Below, in pieces: positions 51,101-64,000 of a DNA stretch of 64,000 nucleotides; the stretch's first letter is position 1, and each line of letters starts with the position of its first letter. The notes below the pieces were generated by a model. That model saw only the letters and a program-made list of their open reading frames with translations. It did not search any database and had not been told where the DNA came from. The stretch is from Takakia lepidozioides (Eukaryota > Plantae > Bryophyta), in NCBI GenBank assembly GCA_030704615.1, contig CM060731.1, positions 49,290,001 through 49,354,000 on the forward strand, written 5' to 3'. The position numbers and the translations under genes were made by a program.

Positions 51101-53566
51101 ACACAGCTCAGCAGGGGGGAGTGAGTCTTCTTCAAGAGACCTTTTCTCTGAGGGAAGTTTTTACCTCAAAGGAATACAAGAACACAGTCAGAACCAAGAT
51201 CCAAGAAACAGCACCCACTTACACTGTGAGACAGGAGGACAGAGAAGTTTGGAGGACTTGAAACAAGTCAATGATTCTGGAAATGGACAGACCAGAGCTC
51301 CCGATGAAGTTGACCGAGCAGAAAGGGCACCTGTCTCAAGTATCTACTTTTCAGACAGCCTCACATGTGGAGAAAGCCCTCTCTCAGATTATCGAACTGA
51401 CGAAGATTATTGCCTCCCTATAGGTCCTCAAGAAACTCTAATTGAGGGAGGAGAGGAGACAATTGATGATACACCTGGGAAGAGACTTTGCCCAGTTGGA
51501 CAGAAGACTGCAACAGCTGGGTGGTTTGTCTGTGAGGGAGAAGGGCTTCTGCTAGCACATGATGATGGTTGCTGCTCATTCTACGATGTGGCCAATATGG
51601 AGGTAGAAATGTATACTGGTTACAGTGTCTGCCAAGTGTCTGCTTATGTTGTGTTAATACTCAAATAGCTCTCACATAGTCTCAATGAAATGGTTCCTAA
51701 AGTCTGCTGTCAGCATTTAGTATTAATTTACAAAGGGTAATCTTCTTCACCAAGGTTCTGTTGATCGATTGCAGGAGAAGGCAGAGTACAAAGGCCCCAA
51801 GGACCTGGCTGCAGGGATTTGGGAAGACTGTTGGGTGATACGTGCTGCAGGGATTGATGGACGCTCCAACAAATACGTAGTTGCTGCATCTGCAGGTGGG
51901 GCTGTGAACTCAGCATTTTGTTCATGGGACTTCCACAATCGCAGCATTACTGCCTATCACTGTGACGTGCCACCTTCACCAGCTCCCTTGGGAGGTTTGA
52001 CCTTACAGAGCCCAGACTCTAGCATCCCTGGTTACGCAGGCATTTCATCTTCCAGGGACCCAGGCCCTAATCACAGCTCAAAGCGATGGTTTGACAGATC
52101 AAACACCTTCAATCTTGGAAGACTCGGTGTTCTTTCGAACAAAAAGACCTTGAGAAGGACGATGTCCTTAGATACTCCATCACTTAATCGAAGTCCTGTT
52201 AGGGAGGCAAAAGAAGCTCCACTCTGGTGGTACAGACCATGTGGGGCACTCTTAGCATCTGTTGGCAGCAGCCTGACAACTGTATCTCTCTATGATATAC
52301 GGGATGGGGAAGCAGTAATGAGGTGGGAAACAAAGAAGGCTGTCACAGCTATGGAATCCTGCAGCCCTTTGCAGTGGCGTACCAGAGGCAAGCATGCTAC
52401 ACGCAACTTGGAGAAGAATGTATCAACGTTGGTTGAAGAAATAACATGTTTCCTCGGTTATTCAAATGGATCTTTCTTTCAGACTCCCCAGATTCCTAGA
52501 AGCTGGGAGAAATACTCACTCATAGTTGTGGTGGTGTAGGGTCTGGATGTCTAGACCATGCTATAGTATACTGGGACTTGTAGAGAAGTGTACTTCAAGA
52601 CAGTGCCTGTGCTTGAATTGTGTAATTCATTGGTCAAACGTGGTTTGTAGAAATTTCTTAGTCTTTGATTAGACCTCTTCATCCTAATAAAATGGTTTAT
52701 CTGTTCTAACCATTCCAGGTAAGATGGTGGTGGCGGAAGATGAAGGATTAAGTTTTTGGGACGTTAATGGCATGAACGGTCACCGTCTCCACCATGCTAA
52801 TCTGGTGGGAAAGCAGCTGCGTGCATTGCATGTGCACAATGTGGATGCTGAATGCAGTGGTGGTGTCAGACAAAAGTATGTACTCAGTTGCCCTCATCAA
52901 TTCTCCCATCCATGCCTACAGGCATCTAACTTTCCTCCATATCTCCATTGATCACCAACTTCTGTGGTTCAGCCGTCCCTGCTTCTGACTCCAACAAACT
53001 GTGATTTCAACTGCAGGTTAAGTTCATCCGAGCATCACACTGATGGAGTGCTTTGCACTCATGAGGCAGTCAACATCTTGGACTTCCGTGTTCCAACAGG
53101 AATTGCAATGAAGATACCCACATTTGGGGAGGAAATCCACTCGGTGTTTGCCAATGGAGATAGCGTCTTTGCTGGGGTCACCAGCTTCAAAAGTAAACAG
53201 CAATCAGAGGATTCCAACAGCAGTGTAGAGAACGCATATTCAAAGGCATCAATTACTTCATGCAAAGTGAACCAGTGGTCAATCCGGCAAGGGAAGCCCA
53301 TGAATGTCTACACTCTCCCAGATTCCAACCAGCACCCCCAATCCTTCATAAGCCAGGTGTGGGGTTCCATTGGTACAGTGATTGCAGCAAATGAAAATGC
53401 ATTGTTTGTGTTTGATGAGGCCAAGGGGTACATTTCGGGGAAGGAGGGTACAGAGGTGCGCAGCGTTATTGCAGATGATTTGTATTATCCTACATTCGAT
53501 TATGCCAGCTCCCGGGTGTTACTCATCTCAAGGGACCAGCCAGCACAGTGGTGTCACTGGCCATGA
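48131..53566 (+). CDS. KIN14B/KCA-interacting protein At4g14310-like (coiled coil plus WD40-like C-terminus); exons 48131-48426, 49269-50701, 51043-51602, 51775-52387, 52719-52875, 53017-53566
   Basis: GWFVCEGEGLLLAHDDGCCSFYDVAN, WEDCWVIRA, YVVAASAG, FCSWDF, WWYRPCG, YDIRDGE, SPLQWRTRG|K, LDFRVPTGI and FDYASSRVLLISRDQPAQW; coiled coil LQGRLALLEGRVSQMAAELRETK. Confidence 0.87.
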
Positions 53567-54993
53567 GAACCATTGGTATCCATATGCGATTAAATCTATT
53601 GGATCTACACTTCCTGTTATTACACAACTCCTGCATGCTGTGGGTTTCGAGGGATCAGCCACCATGTCCTGCATTTCGATCCAATGGTATGGGCAAGAAG
53701 TTACCTTCTCCCCAAATCCTTTGCAGGGGTGCGTAGAATCACTTCCATGCATGCATGGAGCCTTCATGCAAGCTGCTGGAGCATGCAACTTGGCTTCTGG
53801 CAATTTTTCCACTCCACTGAGGACTGTTTAGGAAGAATACCAGGACTCGAAAGAAACATTGCTTGATCTTTCAGAAGTTCCCCATCCTGCTGGTGGAGCA
53901 TTTCTCCAGATTTCAAAAGGTTGCAGACTGAACGACTGAACCTTTTCAGAGGCATGAACAAGATATTACCATCTGATAGTGGTTCTTTTCCAGTGGTTTA
54001 TCATCTGCAGACTAGTTATCAACTTAGTTACCTATCTGTTTCAATGCAATGTTGCATTTTAATGTAGGCACATTCCATAGTGCAACCAATCCTCGGTTGC
54101 CTATACCCATCTATAGTAATTTGTTTTTTTACATCATAACTCAGGCTTAACAACCTTTTGAAAATGGCCATCGACAGATTTGACCTGACAAATGTAACAA
54201 TGTGTTTGTGTGGCAAACAACATGATGGTTGTAATTGACACGCAGTATTGTTTGAGGTTCAAAGTTACTGAGAACTCTCTTCAAAATGATGTTCTGTGTT
54301 CTAGTCCCACCTGAGGTGCCCCTGGATCATCCAGATTTGGCCACTATTGCAGGTGATGATCAAGTACCAGGTGAAGACCCCAATGCTATCATGTTTGACT
54401 GACACTAACCTTTGCATGCATGTGGTTACTAGAAAGCCTATTGAAAATGCAATAACACAGAGCAAAGCCTTTGTAATAGATTTCCAACTTTTCAGCTTTC
54501 CAACAGTGCAAGTCTGTAAGCACCTGAAGTACATCCACTTCCAGAAGATTACCATTGGAATACTGGTCCATAACTGATAAAAACCTATTTCTATGAAGAC
54601 CCAGCCAGTATAGAATGTTCAAGAATATTTAAATACTGTGGCGCGGGCTGGTATCAAAAAAATATACCAGCCCAACACTGGATAGCTCTGCTAGTCTCAC
54701 ACTTTAATCCTTATTGTGATGAAACAGCTGACCGTAATTTTTAGTCCATTCTATTGATATTTCTACAAAACCTGCAGCAGATGTCATCAAAAGATCTGGA
54801 AGGGGATCTTCTACTTATTTCCTACAATGAGTTCAAGCTTTGTTTCACATGACATGAAATGAAATGGTACCTTATAACGTCCGTGGAAAGCTCAAAGAGC
54901 TTATGGGACAAAATGGAAAAAAAACACGAGAGAGGAAACAACCAGAGCCAAAATAAAAAATGATTTGGTCGCCAAAACCTGAGAGAACTTTTC

Positions 54994-56879
54994 TTATGCA
55001 GCGAAAGACTGGAGAACAGTCCTAAGAAGTGGTTCATAAGTGGCCCATTGTGCATCATTGGCACTCACAACAAATAGAAGAACGACATTGCCTTTTGCTG
55101 TTGCAGTTGCAAGGTTGTGCGCTCCTGTCAATGCAAATGGTGTCTCCAATCTGTAGCTGTAATACTGGCCACAGTACACCAAACCATTAATATTAGTCTT
55201 GTAAGAAACCAGCAGAGGCAGCTTTCTGTGCTGCTACACAGGCCGTGCTCCCAGAGACAATGTGAGCTGGAGGTGATACGATGTTGGTATAGTTACTCTA
55301 AACAAGCTTTTCTCATACAAGGGATGAAAATTGCTTTTTCTCTTCGCTTCACAACTAGAGCTTTGCTGAATTTCGTACGAGGTGACTCACTGTAGATCAG
55401 ATAACATGTATCTGGGTACTGTAACATATCAAACCTGCATCTAGGTACTGGAAATTACAGACATAACTGAGAGAGTACAGCCATTGAGAAGTCCTCATGC
55501 TCACTTACAGTTTGAGCTCCTCGTTGTTGAACAGTAGTTTCAAGGACCTCATCGGGATCGTAACTATTACCAGTAACAAAGGGACCCAATGCTGATATTA
55601 ATTTTTCGGGGCTCCCAATCTCCTCAATAGTGGCATTGGGTTTGTTGGTGAGGCGGATTATGGGTGACGCAACCACTTGCACAGTGCCTTGCTTTGTATT
55701 CTCAAATTTGACTTCCACCCAAGGCTCTGCACACTTGGGCTGGCAGTAATTGCCGGACAGAATGTTTGCAATTCGCAGTTGCTTCCATGTAGGAGGCAGA
55801 ATAAATTGGTAGGGTTGCACATTCCCTGCCAGGCATACACACATTACCCATATGACCCAGCAAAAGTGGCTCAAATTTTGTCTATGGAGGATCAAGATGT
55901 GGTCACAATGAGTATTACACTGGTGCCTATGTTAGTCAAAAGGACCATCTATCGGCAACCTTCCCCTAAGTAAGGCGATTACCGCTAGATCAACATCTCT
56001 TGATTGCAATAGAGAGTTCCGTACTAAGGAAAGTCATTGCCACAATTTCCTTACTCTTACCACTGTTGGTAGATAGTCCAGCACAATAGGACCAGCAACA
56101 CGTGACTCAACTTATGTGGAGGAAACACGGAAATGACTGTAATGCCGACATAAGCTATCTCTGAAGGGGGTGGTTTGCGAATTGTCAGCAATTAGATTAG
56201 AGAAGTCAATGTACCTAGCAATTGAGCTGAATATGGAAATGTATTCGCTCACTGTTGGGTACTTCTACAAAAACAGTTTTGAGGCTTCTCAAATGATGCT
56301 GTGGGGACAGGGACAACTGCCGTGCATTGTCATGGTGCTCTTCTCAAAGGCTCAAAGGGAGATATTTTCAAAGCATCAAAAACCCTGTCACTGCACCTCT
56401 TTTGGTACAGCTTGAAAGGCTTGCCAAAAACGGCCAAGTAGAGGCCGCCTTAAAATTTTGGATAATCCACTTCTGTTGATAAGTGATGAGGTAGCAATGG
56501 ACCCACCAGCTCGAAGAGCAGGGGTGTCCTTAGTGGAAGCACGGAACTGCACATACTGTGTGTTGCCCGCAGCCGGGGGAAGATAAGCGCCCACCTCAAC
56601 CTGTGTATACGCGCCTGCACTGCCTGCACTCCCCACCATCCATCCCGCTGCAGTCACCGCTAAACAAGCCTCCCGCCTTCCCATAGGAGCAGCCATTACC
56701 TTCATCTCTGTCCCCCCTGCCACATTCTCACCATCACTGCCACTGCACTGTGTAATCCCTCTTAAGTGATGCAGCCCACCCAAATCCTTCTTCCCTTGTG
56801 ATTGTGGCAGAAGCTGGTGGTAGCTCAAGCGCAGTGGGTGCGTGCACTGCCAGACCGAGCAGGACGCCATAGCTGCCAT
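54994..56879 (-). CDS. PPD6: PsbP-domain protein 6 (thylakoid lumen); exons 56879-56507, 55825-55509, 55164-54994
   Basis: Bipartite transit peptide with a twin-Arg motif (GRREACL...AGA); KDTPALRAG|NVQPYQFILPPTWKQ, ILSGNYCQPKCAEPWVEVKFE, LGPFVTGNSYDPDE and LETPFALTGAHNLA. Confidence 0.93.
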
Positions 56880-59194
56880 GCAGCTGCTGTCTTTCTTTCT
56901 TTCAACTGTCCATTCCTTGGAACCACTCTCACATAAGTTATGAGGATCAGAACTGCTTGGCAGCTCACCAGCGTGAAGCTTGGACCTTGGGCAATCGCTT
57001 GACTTGCTTTTCGGCTGATTCTGCCTCCTCTTTCTGTGTATTTTTTCTCGTTCTTTTCCTTTGTCCCAAAGCGAGTCTTTGAGCTTTTACTCTAAAGTTT
57101 ACTTTTACTCTAAAGTTTCATCTTTGATTTTCTTTTTAACGAATCGATTGCAACCGAAGGGGCCGGTCCAGTAGTTATACGCCGCTCCTCTGGACATACA
57201 TACAAAATACTGTTTTCATACACTCTCCGTATTTTAATATGATACTTTCGTGGTACACTTTCCATACGGTACTAAATACTTCAGTGATACGGTCGCTCAC
57301 GACTCACTGTGGCACTCATTAATGGCCCGGATCAAATCGCGTTATTAATATTGCGATCAATTTATTTATTTATTTTCGAATGTTTTATCCGATTCTCGCT
57401 TTGACACTTGGCAACAGGTTGCCGCGTGCCACTGAGTGGGCTTGGACAGAGTTCATCCACATGGTTCTATTTTTATCCATGGAAGCTGTCTATGGTTCAA
57501 ACAAGTATCTAACCCTCCATTGTTGGTAGCTCAGTTGGATGGAGCACTCAGTGGCACCCAGTTGATTCTGGGTTCAATCCTGCTACCTTGTCGGGTGTGG
57601 TATAATGTTCTTCTCCCTCCCTTGGGCAGCGTCCCCCTCCTTTTCTACCGGCCCTTCCCCTTCGTCATGCCATTTCTTACCGGCTGAACTTTTTTGAAGT
57701 GAAACTTGAGCTACATATTTAGTCTTTCATTTACCTTTGTTCGCAGGTAGACATGTGAGAGAGAGACACACTGATTCACTGTTGCTTTTGGAGAGGACAC
57801 ACGAAACTGACACTCCTTTGCCTATGTTGCACTAAATAATTTCTTGATGGTCTGCATGGACACAAAAACCCCAAAACCCATAAAACGCATAAATGCATGA
57901 GAATTGGCAAATACTGAGCGAGTGATCTAATTGTATCTACAAACTCTTGCATAGTCATGTTACTGAAATCCACATCTACAGCTTTATCTCTATCAACACA
58001 TGTATTGAAGTATCTGTTTTGTTCTCGCTCCAAAAAAATTTGTGACACATCGTTGAAACGCCGGGTATTGTCAAGTAGCACAATCGTGCGTCATAAAGCC
58101 TCGTACTTCTGTATCGGTAGTGGCTTTCACAAAAATGCAACAGAAACATAAAATTTCTCTGTTCTCAACATGGACAATAGACAGCCAACGAATGTTCCAA
58201 CTGTTTGTCAGGCTTATGATTAATTTGATACATAAACGCTCGAGTGAAGACATTTGTTGGCATTACGCATACCTGACTCTTGAGCTATGCAGAACTATAC
58301 ATAGCATACAATTTTTTGACTTCTTCTAGATCTGTAGCAATCACGTTTAGTGAAAAAATTGGATATGAGATTGCCCACAATCTTTCATGCAATATTCCCC
58401 TTTCCATGTGTGCAAACGATCTTGTCTTAATTTCTTACACATCACCATATGACCGACGGGTGGAGGAGAGTCCCATCTTATGTAGGCTTTGATCGATTTG
58501 ATCACCTGCATAAGGCTGGTTTGGTAACAAGTAATCGGACAATCAGACAATCACCTGAATTTAAGTGTAAGTGCCATAGTTCCTCTGTTTTCTACTGCTA
58601 CTAATCCAACAACACATCAATCTTCAATGAAGTTTTGCAGAAAGAGCAACACCTTCGGATCCACATCATAGCCTCTTATTTCCGCCGTATATGACACCTC
58701 AAAACATTTTATCTGTGCTTTGTTGTAACTTTGTATATCTATGTGAGTTTTAGGAGGACCTAGTGAACATTTTGGAAGCTTTGTAGCCTTCTCCCAACTG
58801 GTTGCTATCGTGCCTTATGGGACCTTTGTCACAGCTTGATGGCTCTGTCACAAGTCGTTTTGCTGCTTGCGCAACTTTCCTCCCCCTACATCATGTGCTC
58901 ATTTCTTCTGTTCTACCATTATTTATCCTTTCCTCACCAGCCCACACCACCTAAGCTAAACAACCCCCCTATTTGCACGTGTTCACTATTTGCAACCCCA
59001 CAAAGACTCTAATGCTAACCCAATGGTGCACCTACTTAACCTTATGTAATTGAACCATTCTCGTCCCCCCTCTTTCTAAGAGTCCCTCATCAACCCCCCT
59101 TTTCTCTCCCAACTGCATGTCCTTCCCCTCCCTTCCCACCTGGTCAGCACGTCCGGGCATGCACACCTGGCGCAAACCAGCCTTGCAGAAGGCC

Positions 59195-59258
59195 AGCCAA
59201 GGCCGCTTGACGGCTGCAGCCCGCCGTCCTGAGAGTGTGTAAGTTAAAAGGAGGGAGG
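59195..59258 (+). repeat. 64-bp dispersed direct repeat, copy 1
   Basis: 63/64 identical to 61807-61870. Confidence 0.9.
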
Positions 59259-59682
59259 CTTGCTCTCCGTGGCCTCTCCCACCTCCAACTTACTACCTGC
59301 TCTTAACTAATCTACACTGAGGCCCGGGGCCTCCACTCAAAAATATGGAACAGGTACCGTAAGAAAATTATATGCTAGGTAGGCTAGCAAATGCCAAGGT
59401 CAAAGTGAAAAACTATTGTCATAGATCCAAGAAAACAAGTGAAATGAACAGAGTATTTTCTGATGATTCGCGCTCAGTCATGTAAACGACCACACGGTAA
59501 CGGGACATGTAGATGGAGCAGTATTGCATATCTAGCTGGGGGAATGTGCTCTGCTGCCCATACATGCAAGGGCCTTGTGCCAGGGAACGACTTGCTTTTC
59601 GTTCTGGAGAGACGAGAACAGGATGTTTGAAAACTATGCTCTGCATCCAACAGCATTTAGACTCCAGAAACTGTGCTTGTGA

Positions 59683-62388
59683 TCAAAGCTTCAGTGAATG
59701 TATGGGTGTCAGCGTCCTAAGATGCTGGATATATACATCCAGATTCCTCTCTGAGGACCCACCAACTGCCAACGCATTGCGTACAGACATCTTCATTTCC
59801 GTCATCTTCCGTCGTACAACCTTCCCTTCCTCCTCATGCATCAAACGCTTAACATTCCTCTCAACTTCCGTCTTATCCACCACTCCATCTGGTCTCTTTC
59901 GCATCTCTATGGCCGCCTTCTGACCAACTAGCCATCTGCAACACAACCATGTTGGGTCTATAACTAAGAGACTCTTGACAAAGCTGACCTCTGACCAGTC
60001 GACCGGTTAGCGTCCGATCACAGAAGCAATGCACAATACGATAACTAAAAATGCAGACTTCCCAATACCCTCCCCTTCCACTTAATTAGTTGGGAAGAGT
60101 TACTGATAAGACTAACGCTGGGACAGGGATGACTTCCAACTAGCAGAATACTACAGGGCGATACCGGATGCTCCAGACTAAAATGAAGGACCACCTGCTG
60201 AAAATAATCTCTATAATATGTACCTTGTGTGACGCAGCCAGCTTTCCACCACCCACTTCTCTCCCATTTCTTCCACCGGGTGTACAACATCAGTGACAGC
60301 AAAGTCTACCTTCAAAAGAGTGTTGTCAAATGCTCATTAAATAGAAAATACTAAGAGGAGAATCCTGACCCGGCGTTTAGCATTTGGTCTCCATGCATTG
60401 GCAAAGTGAGGAGGGGCATGCCAACCCTGAGAGCCTCCTGTGTAGAGTTCCATCCACAATGGGTCAAGAAAGCACCAGTGGCTGCATGGGACAGAATACG
60501 CAACTGAGGAGCCCATCCAGAGAAACACAACCCACGTTCTTTTGTGCGCTCCTCAAAACCTGATCACAGGAAACAATGAAGTGGTAGATGTAAGCACAAC
60601 AGTTTCACTCCAGCCAATACTACTCGTGGAGCACGAAAGTAATTCACTCCAATGACTGTTAATCACTTGCCGACAACACTATCAAGGCTTGCTTAGCCCT
60701 CCCCTCTCTGTACAGAAAATTGTAATACGTCAGCACTAGTCCCACATCTAGTTTACGAATCTGCCTTCTGTTCTTCTCAGACAAGTCTAAGTGATATGTT
60801 TGCAGCAGACGTAGTGTGTCCCTGCACATGGAAACACGCACCGGTCAGCAGAATCAAACTGGAATTTCACTTTGCAAAGCATTTTTCCACCAACTTGCTT
60901 TTTGCGTAGGATACCTGAAGGAAGGAAGTCGGCGATAGACGATGGTTTCAAGGAAGGAGTTGCATTAGGACCGTTTGGAGCCCGCAATATCCATAAGAAA
61001 GGTTGCTTGCTGGCTTCCAGTCCCTGTGCCAGCTCCAGGATTTGTGGTGCTGAAAGGAAGGCAGAGCTTCCAAAACAGATGAAAACAACCGAAGAAGGGG
61101 CTTGTGTATTCAGCCATCGCACGCATGGATCTTGCTCTTCGGCTACTTTTGGTATGGTATAAGTGGGTGACTCAGAATTCAAAACTTCAGCCTGTCCGTG
61201 CAATGGACCAATCGCCAAGATGGCCTGTGTCTGCAAAATGTATCTAGGTCATAAGTTACGTGCATGGAATGGTGGCTATAGACAGAAGGCTGGATACCCA
61301 GAGGTCATCCAGAGTACTGAAAGGATACTGCCTGATGAGAGTACTGAAAAAATGTTACAGCACAAAAAATGGGTCTTCACTGTCCATGACCAAATCAAGG
61401 AACATGGAACCTTCAGTTAAACAACAGAAAACAGACCTTCACTCCCTCTCTGCCGATCACGTCGGTCCTCAGCGCATCCAAGACTGTTCCTTCCACCTCA
61501 TCAGCCGAGTTGGCCAGAACCACCGTGGCCTCGACAATGCGCCTTTGACTCGTGATAGCATCCTTGTAGTTGTCTGGATGTGAGAGGAAGGATGGGAGGT
61601 CCAACGGTCTCAGCGCTGGGATTCCTGGGAGGAATGTGATGAGCTTCGACTGGTTCATAGAGTTCACAGGTATACAATTCTCTGCAGCAAGCCTATCCAA
61701 CTGCCAACCAATGAACACATAGGCACACGTGTTAGTCAAACAACAGCTGTTGCACATGGACCACTCCGCAAAATTCAATATATGCTAGTGACAGTAGAGC
61801 GTTGGGAGCCAAGGCCGCTTGACGGCTGCAGCCCGCCGTCCTGAGAGTGTGTAAGTTGAAAGGAGGGAGGTTCGAATCAGAATGAACTGAACTTGACTGC
61901 TGTTCTGAGTTTCCGTAAATTGGTTGGAATATTACGTTGAAGCCAAACGACAGAGCCCTCGCGCTAGCAACGAATACAACATGAACTGGAATGCCGAACT
62001 TGTCGGCTACATCATGCACCCAGCCTGGAAAGACGTCTGCGAGAATGCAGCAGGGAGTATCGATGTGAGGAGAAGTCCACAGATCTACTACTACTGCCTC
62101 AAACAGTCCCGCCAGTTTTTCCTCCATCCCCGGTTGCGTATAGGCCCATTGGTAATTCAAACTTGATACCGACATCCCGTCTCCAAGCTTCACCATCCGC
62201 ATGCCCAGGGAGCTGAGCTCCTGTCCATCAGCGATTTTCTGTAGTTCAGCGATATGCAGGTCTGTACACACGTAAGTAATGGTGATTCCCTTGGCAATCA
62301 ACCGCTTAGCAGTCTCTAGCAGGCCCCTATAGTGTCCAGTGGCTGGACACGACAGCATTACGACATGGGGAGAAGAAGGTCGACCCAT
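59683..62388 (-). CDS. Family-1 UDP-glycosyltransferase; exons 62388-61936, 61700-61437, 61230-60915, 60559-60370, 59935-59683
   Basis: N-terminal [50 protein letters not shown] and PSPG box [44 protein letters not shown]; C-terminal GGSSERNL. Confidence 0.93.
61807..61870 (+). repeat. 64-bp dispersed direct repeat, copy 2 (UGT intron 1)
   Basis: 63/64 identical to 59195-59258. Confidence 0.9.
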
Positions 62389-64000
62389 GGGACCTCAGCA
62401 AACGGTGAGACAGAGGAAACGTTCTAGTTTACGCACAGAGATGTCAGTTATGAGCGCCCCCGTTCGCATATAGTAGTTCGCCCAGATTGATGGAGCAGGA
62501 CTGTCGTGTGAATGGGGTGTTGCAAAGTTTGGATTAAATTTCGGAAGATATCAGCTAATTTGTTGTTAAGAAGATAATCAGTCATTAGGCACACCCTAAA
62601 GTCGTGGGTCACGAGGATGGCGATTCTTTTGTCTACGCACCGACACAGCGGAGGATTCTTGAAGTAAAGAAAGGTTATGGACAACAGCAGACCAACTGAC
62701 CTAGTAGGTCTGTTGACGAGTGTCCGGATGTGGGTCTGTAAGTAAATATATATCTGCTCTGAGGAATCAGGGTGTGCATGTGCACAGAGAGATAGCATGA
62801 ATCCTCTCACAAGACTCTCAGTAAAAACATCTGAAATTTCACTCTCTACATCAATCACAGGGAGGGCCCGCATCAATGACCTAAAGCTTAGTTACAGTTG
62901 GAGGAGTATTACTACGGTAAACAACTCTCCATAGAAACTGCAGGTTGACCAACTTTACTGTACAAACTCTCAGTAAGCACATCTGAAATCTGAGTGTCTA
63001 CGGATGTCCCGCATCAATAACCTGAAACTCAATTCTAGTGAACATAGTATATCAGGATCATTCTCACTATCAATCAAGCAAGTTTCAGATGGACTATTGA
63101 TAGCAGTGATACTGGTATCAACGGATTGAGTTGGATAGCCAACGCATATTTTGCGTTTGCCAGAACGCCTTGGTTTCAGTGAAATTTGGAACGTCCGTGA
63201 AACTTTAGGAACCACTTCACGAGGTACCTATCAATTGAAAAGACTGCATGAGTGTCGATTAGGAATTCTTCGCAACATGACAAATCACGTTGTCTGCGAC
63301 CTTTCCACCATGTCGAACTAGAATTCCTCCTCGTCACAGAAAATTAGCGGACGAGACATGATAAACACAGATTAGAATGAGGTTAGTACTTGTGAATGGT
63401 CAGGAATATTGAAGCTAGAGTAATAAGCTTGGCGCCAAAAACAACATGAATGGCCCGGTACCCTACATTCTGGAGTCGTCAGTAATTTCTCTGCACTTTG
63501 TACAGGCTCATTATGGACTCAGAAATAGATATTAGATACATAAATCGCCATGGGTGCAGCCTTTGCCACGCACAAGACAGAGACCCAACGTTTGAGCTGA
63601 GGTCTACAGGCCAGCCTAACTTAACGCTGTAAAGGACCCAGCTGCCAGGGCATGGGCGTCTTATTACACGCTCTGTACAGCCTTGCATTCGCATGCACAT
63701 GACTCTCGCCTACTTACATGCACTTTAACAGTCACAATGAGCAGCAGGAGATGTACTCTTTCCGCGATGACGCACAAGTACACGTAGGCGGCGCGGCCTA
63801 GGGCAGAAACGGGGCAGCCAAGGACGTGGGGCCTCGCGAGGGCAGGCGAGCCGCTATGCGCCCCCACCAAGGCTGAAAAAAAATGAGCCTGTCAAAAGAA
63901 AGGCAATGAGAAAAAAATGCCTGTCACTGACAGTCAAAAACTGGTTCAAAACATGTAGTGCCTGTTTGACTTGATCTCCCTTACAGGGGTACTCGCAGCC

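Noticed and set aside
57700-58560. AT-rich stretch with short ORFs, possible transposon or viral relic
   Set aside because: No recognisable domain or termini; would need a database search.
61800-61885. tRNA gene suggested by GGTTCGAATC
   Set aside because: No convincing cloverleaf, A-box or poly-T terminator.
62815-63080. Weak ~150-bp degenerate duplication upstream of the UGT
   Set aside because: Too diverged and short to interpret.

Overview
Gene-dense nuclear DNA from a land plant, probably a non-seed plant such as a bryophyte or lycophyte (inferred from the PLS-PPR style, the Tcn1-like chromovirus and the intron-rich genes). Ordinary genes, identified from remembered family motifs rather than a database search: a plastid-type hypothetical protein, a CxxCxGxG zinc-finger protein, NAA38/LSMD1, an AT1G74530-like putative 2H-fold protein, APEM9, an At4g14310-like WD40 protein, PPD6 and a family-1 UDP-glycosyltransferase. 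The window also holds four PLS-class PPR loci, a decayed 5.8-kb Ty3/gypsy chromovirus, a solo LTR and several small repeats. Main observation: three PPR-DYW paralogs carry small upstream exons, mostly missed by the ORF track. These splice in frame and encode a motif matching the ssDNA-binding PDF motif of organellar OSB proteins (LWQEFFSDPAHWWDNRFDK|RSPRSADFRHKPSNEALWIESWMNPPWV). This gives a candidate PDF-PPR-DYW fusion family with one intact copy, one deaminase-dead copy and one transposon-disrupted pseudogene. The chromovirus also shows a Tf1-type self-priming signature instead of a tRNA PBS. All gene models are manual splice predictions without transcript evidence.
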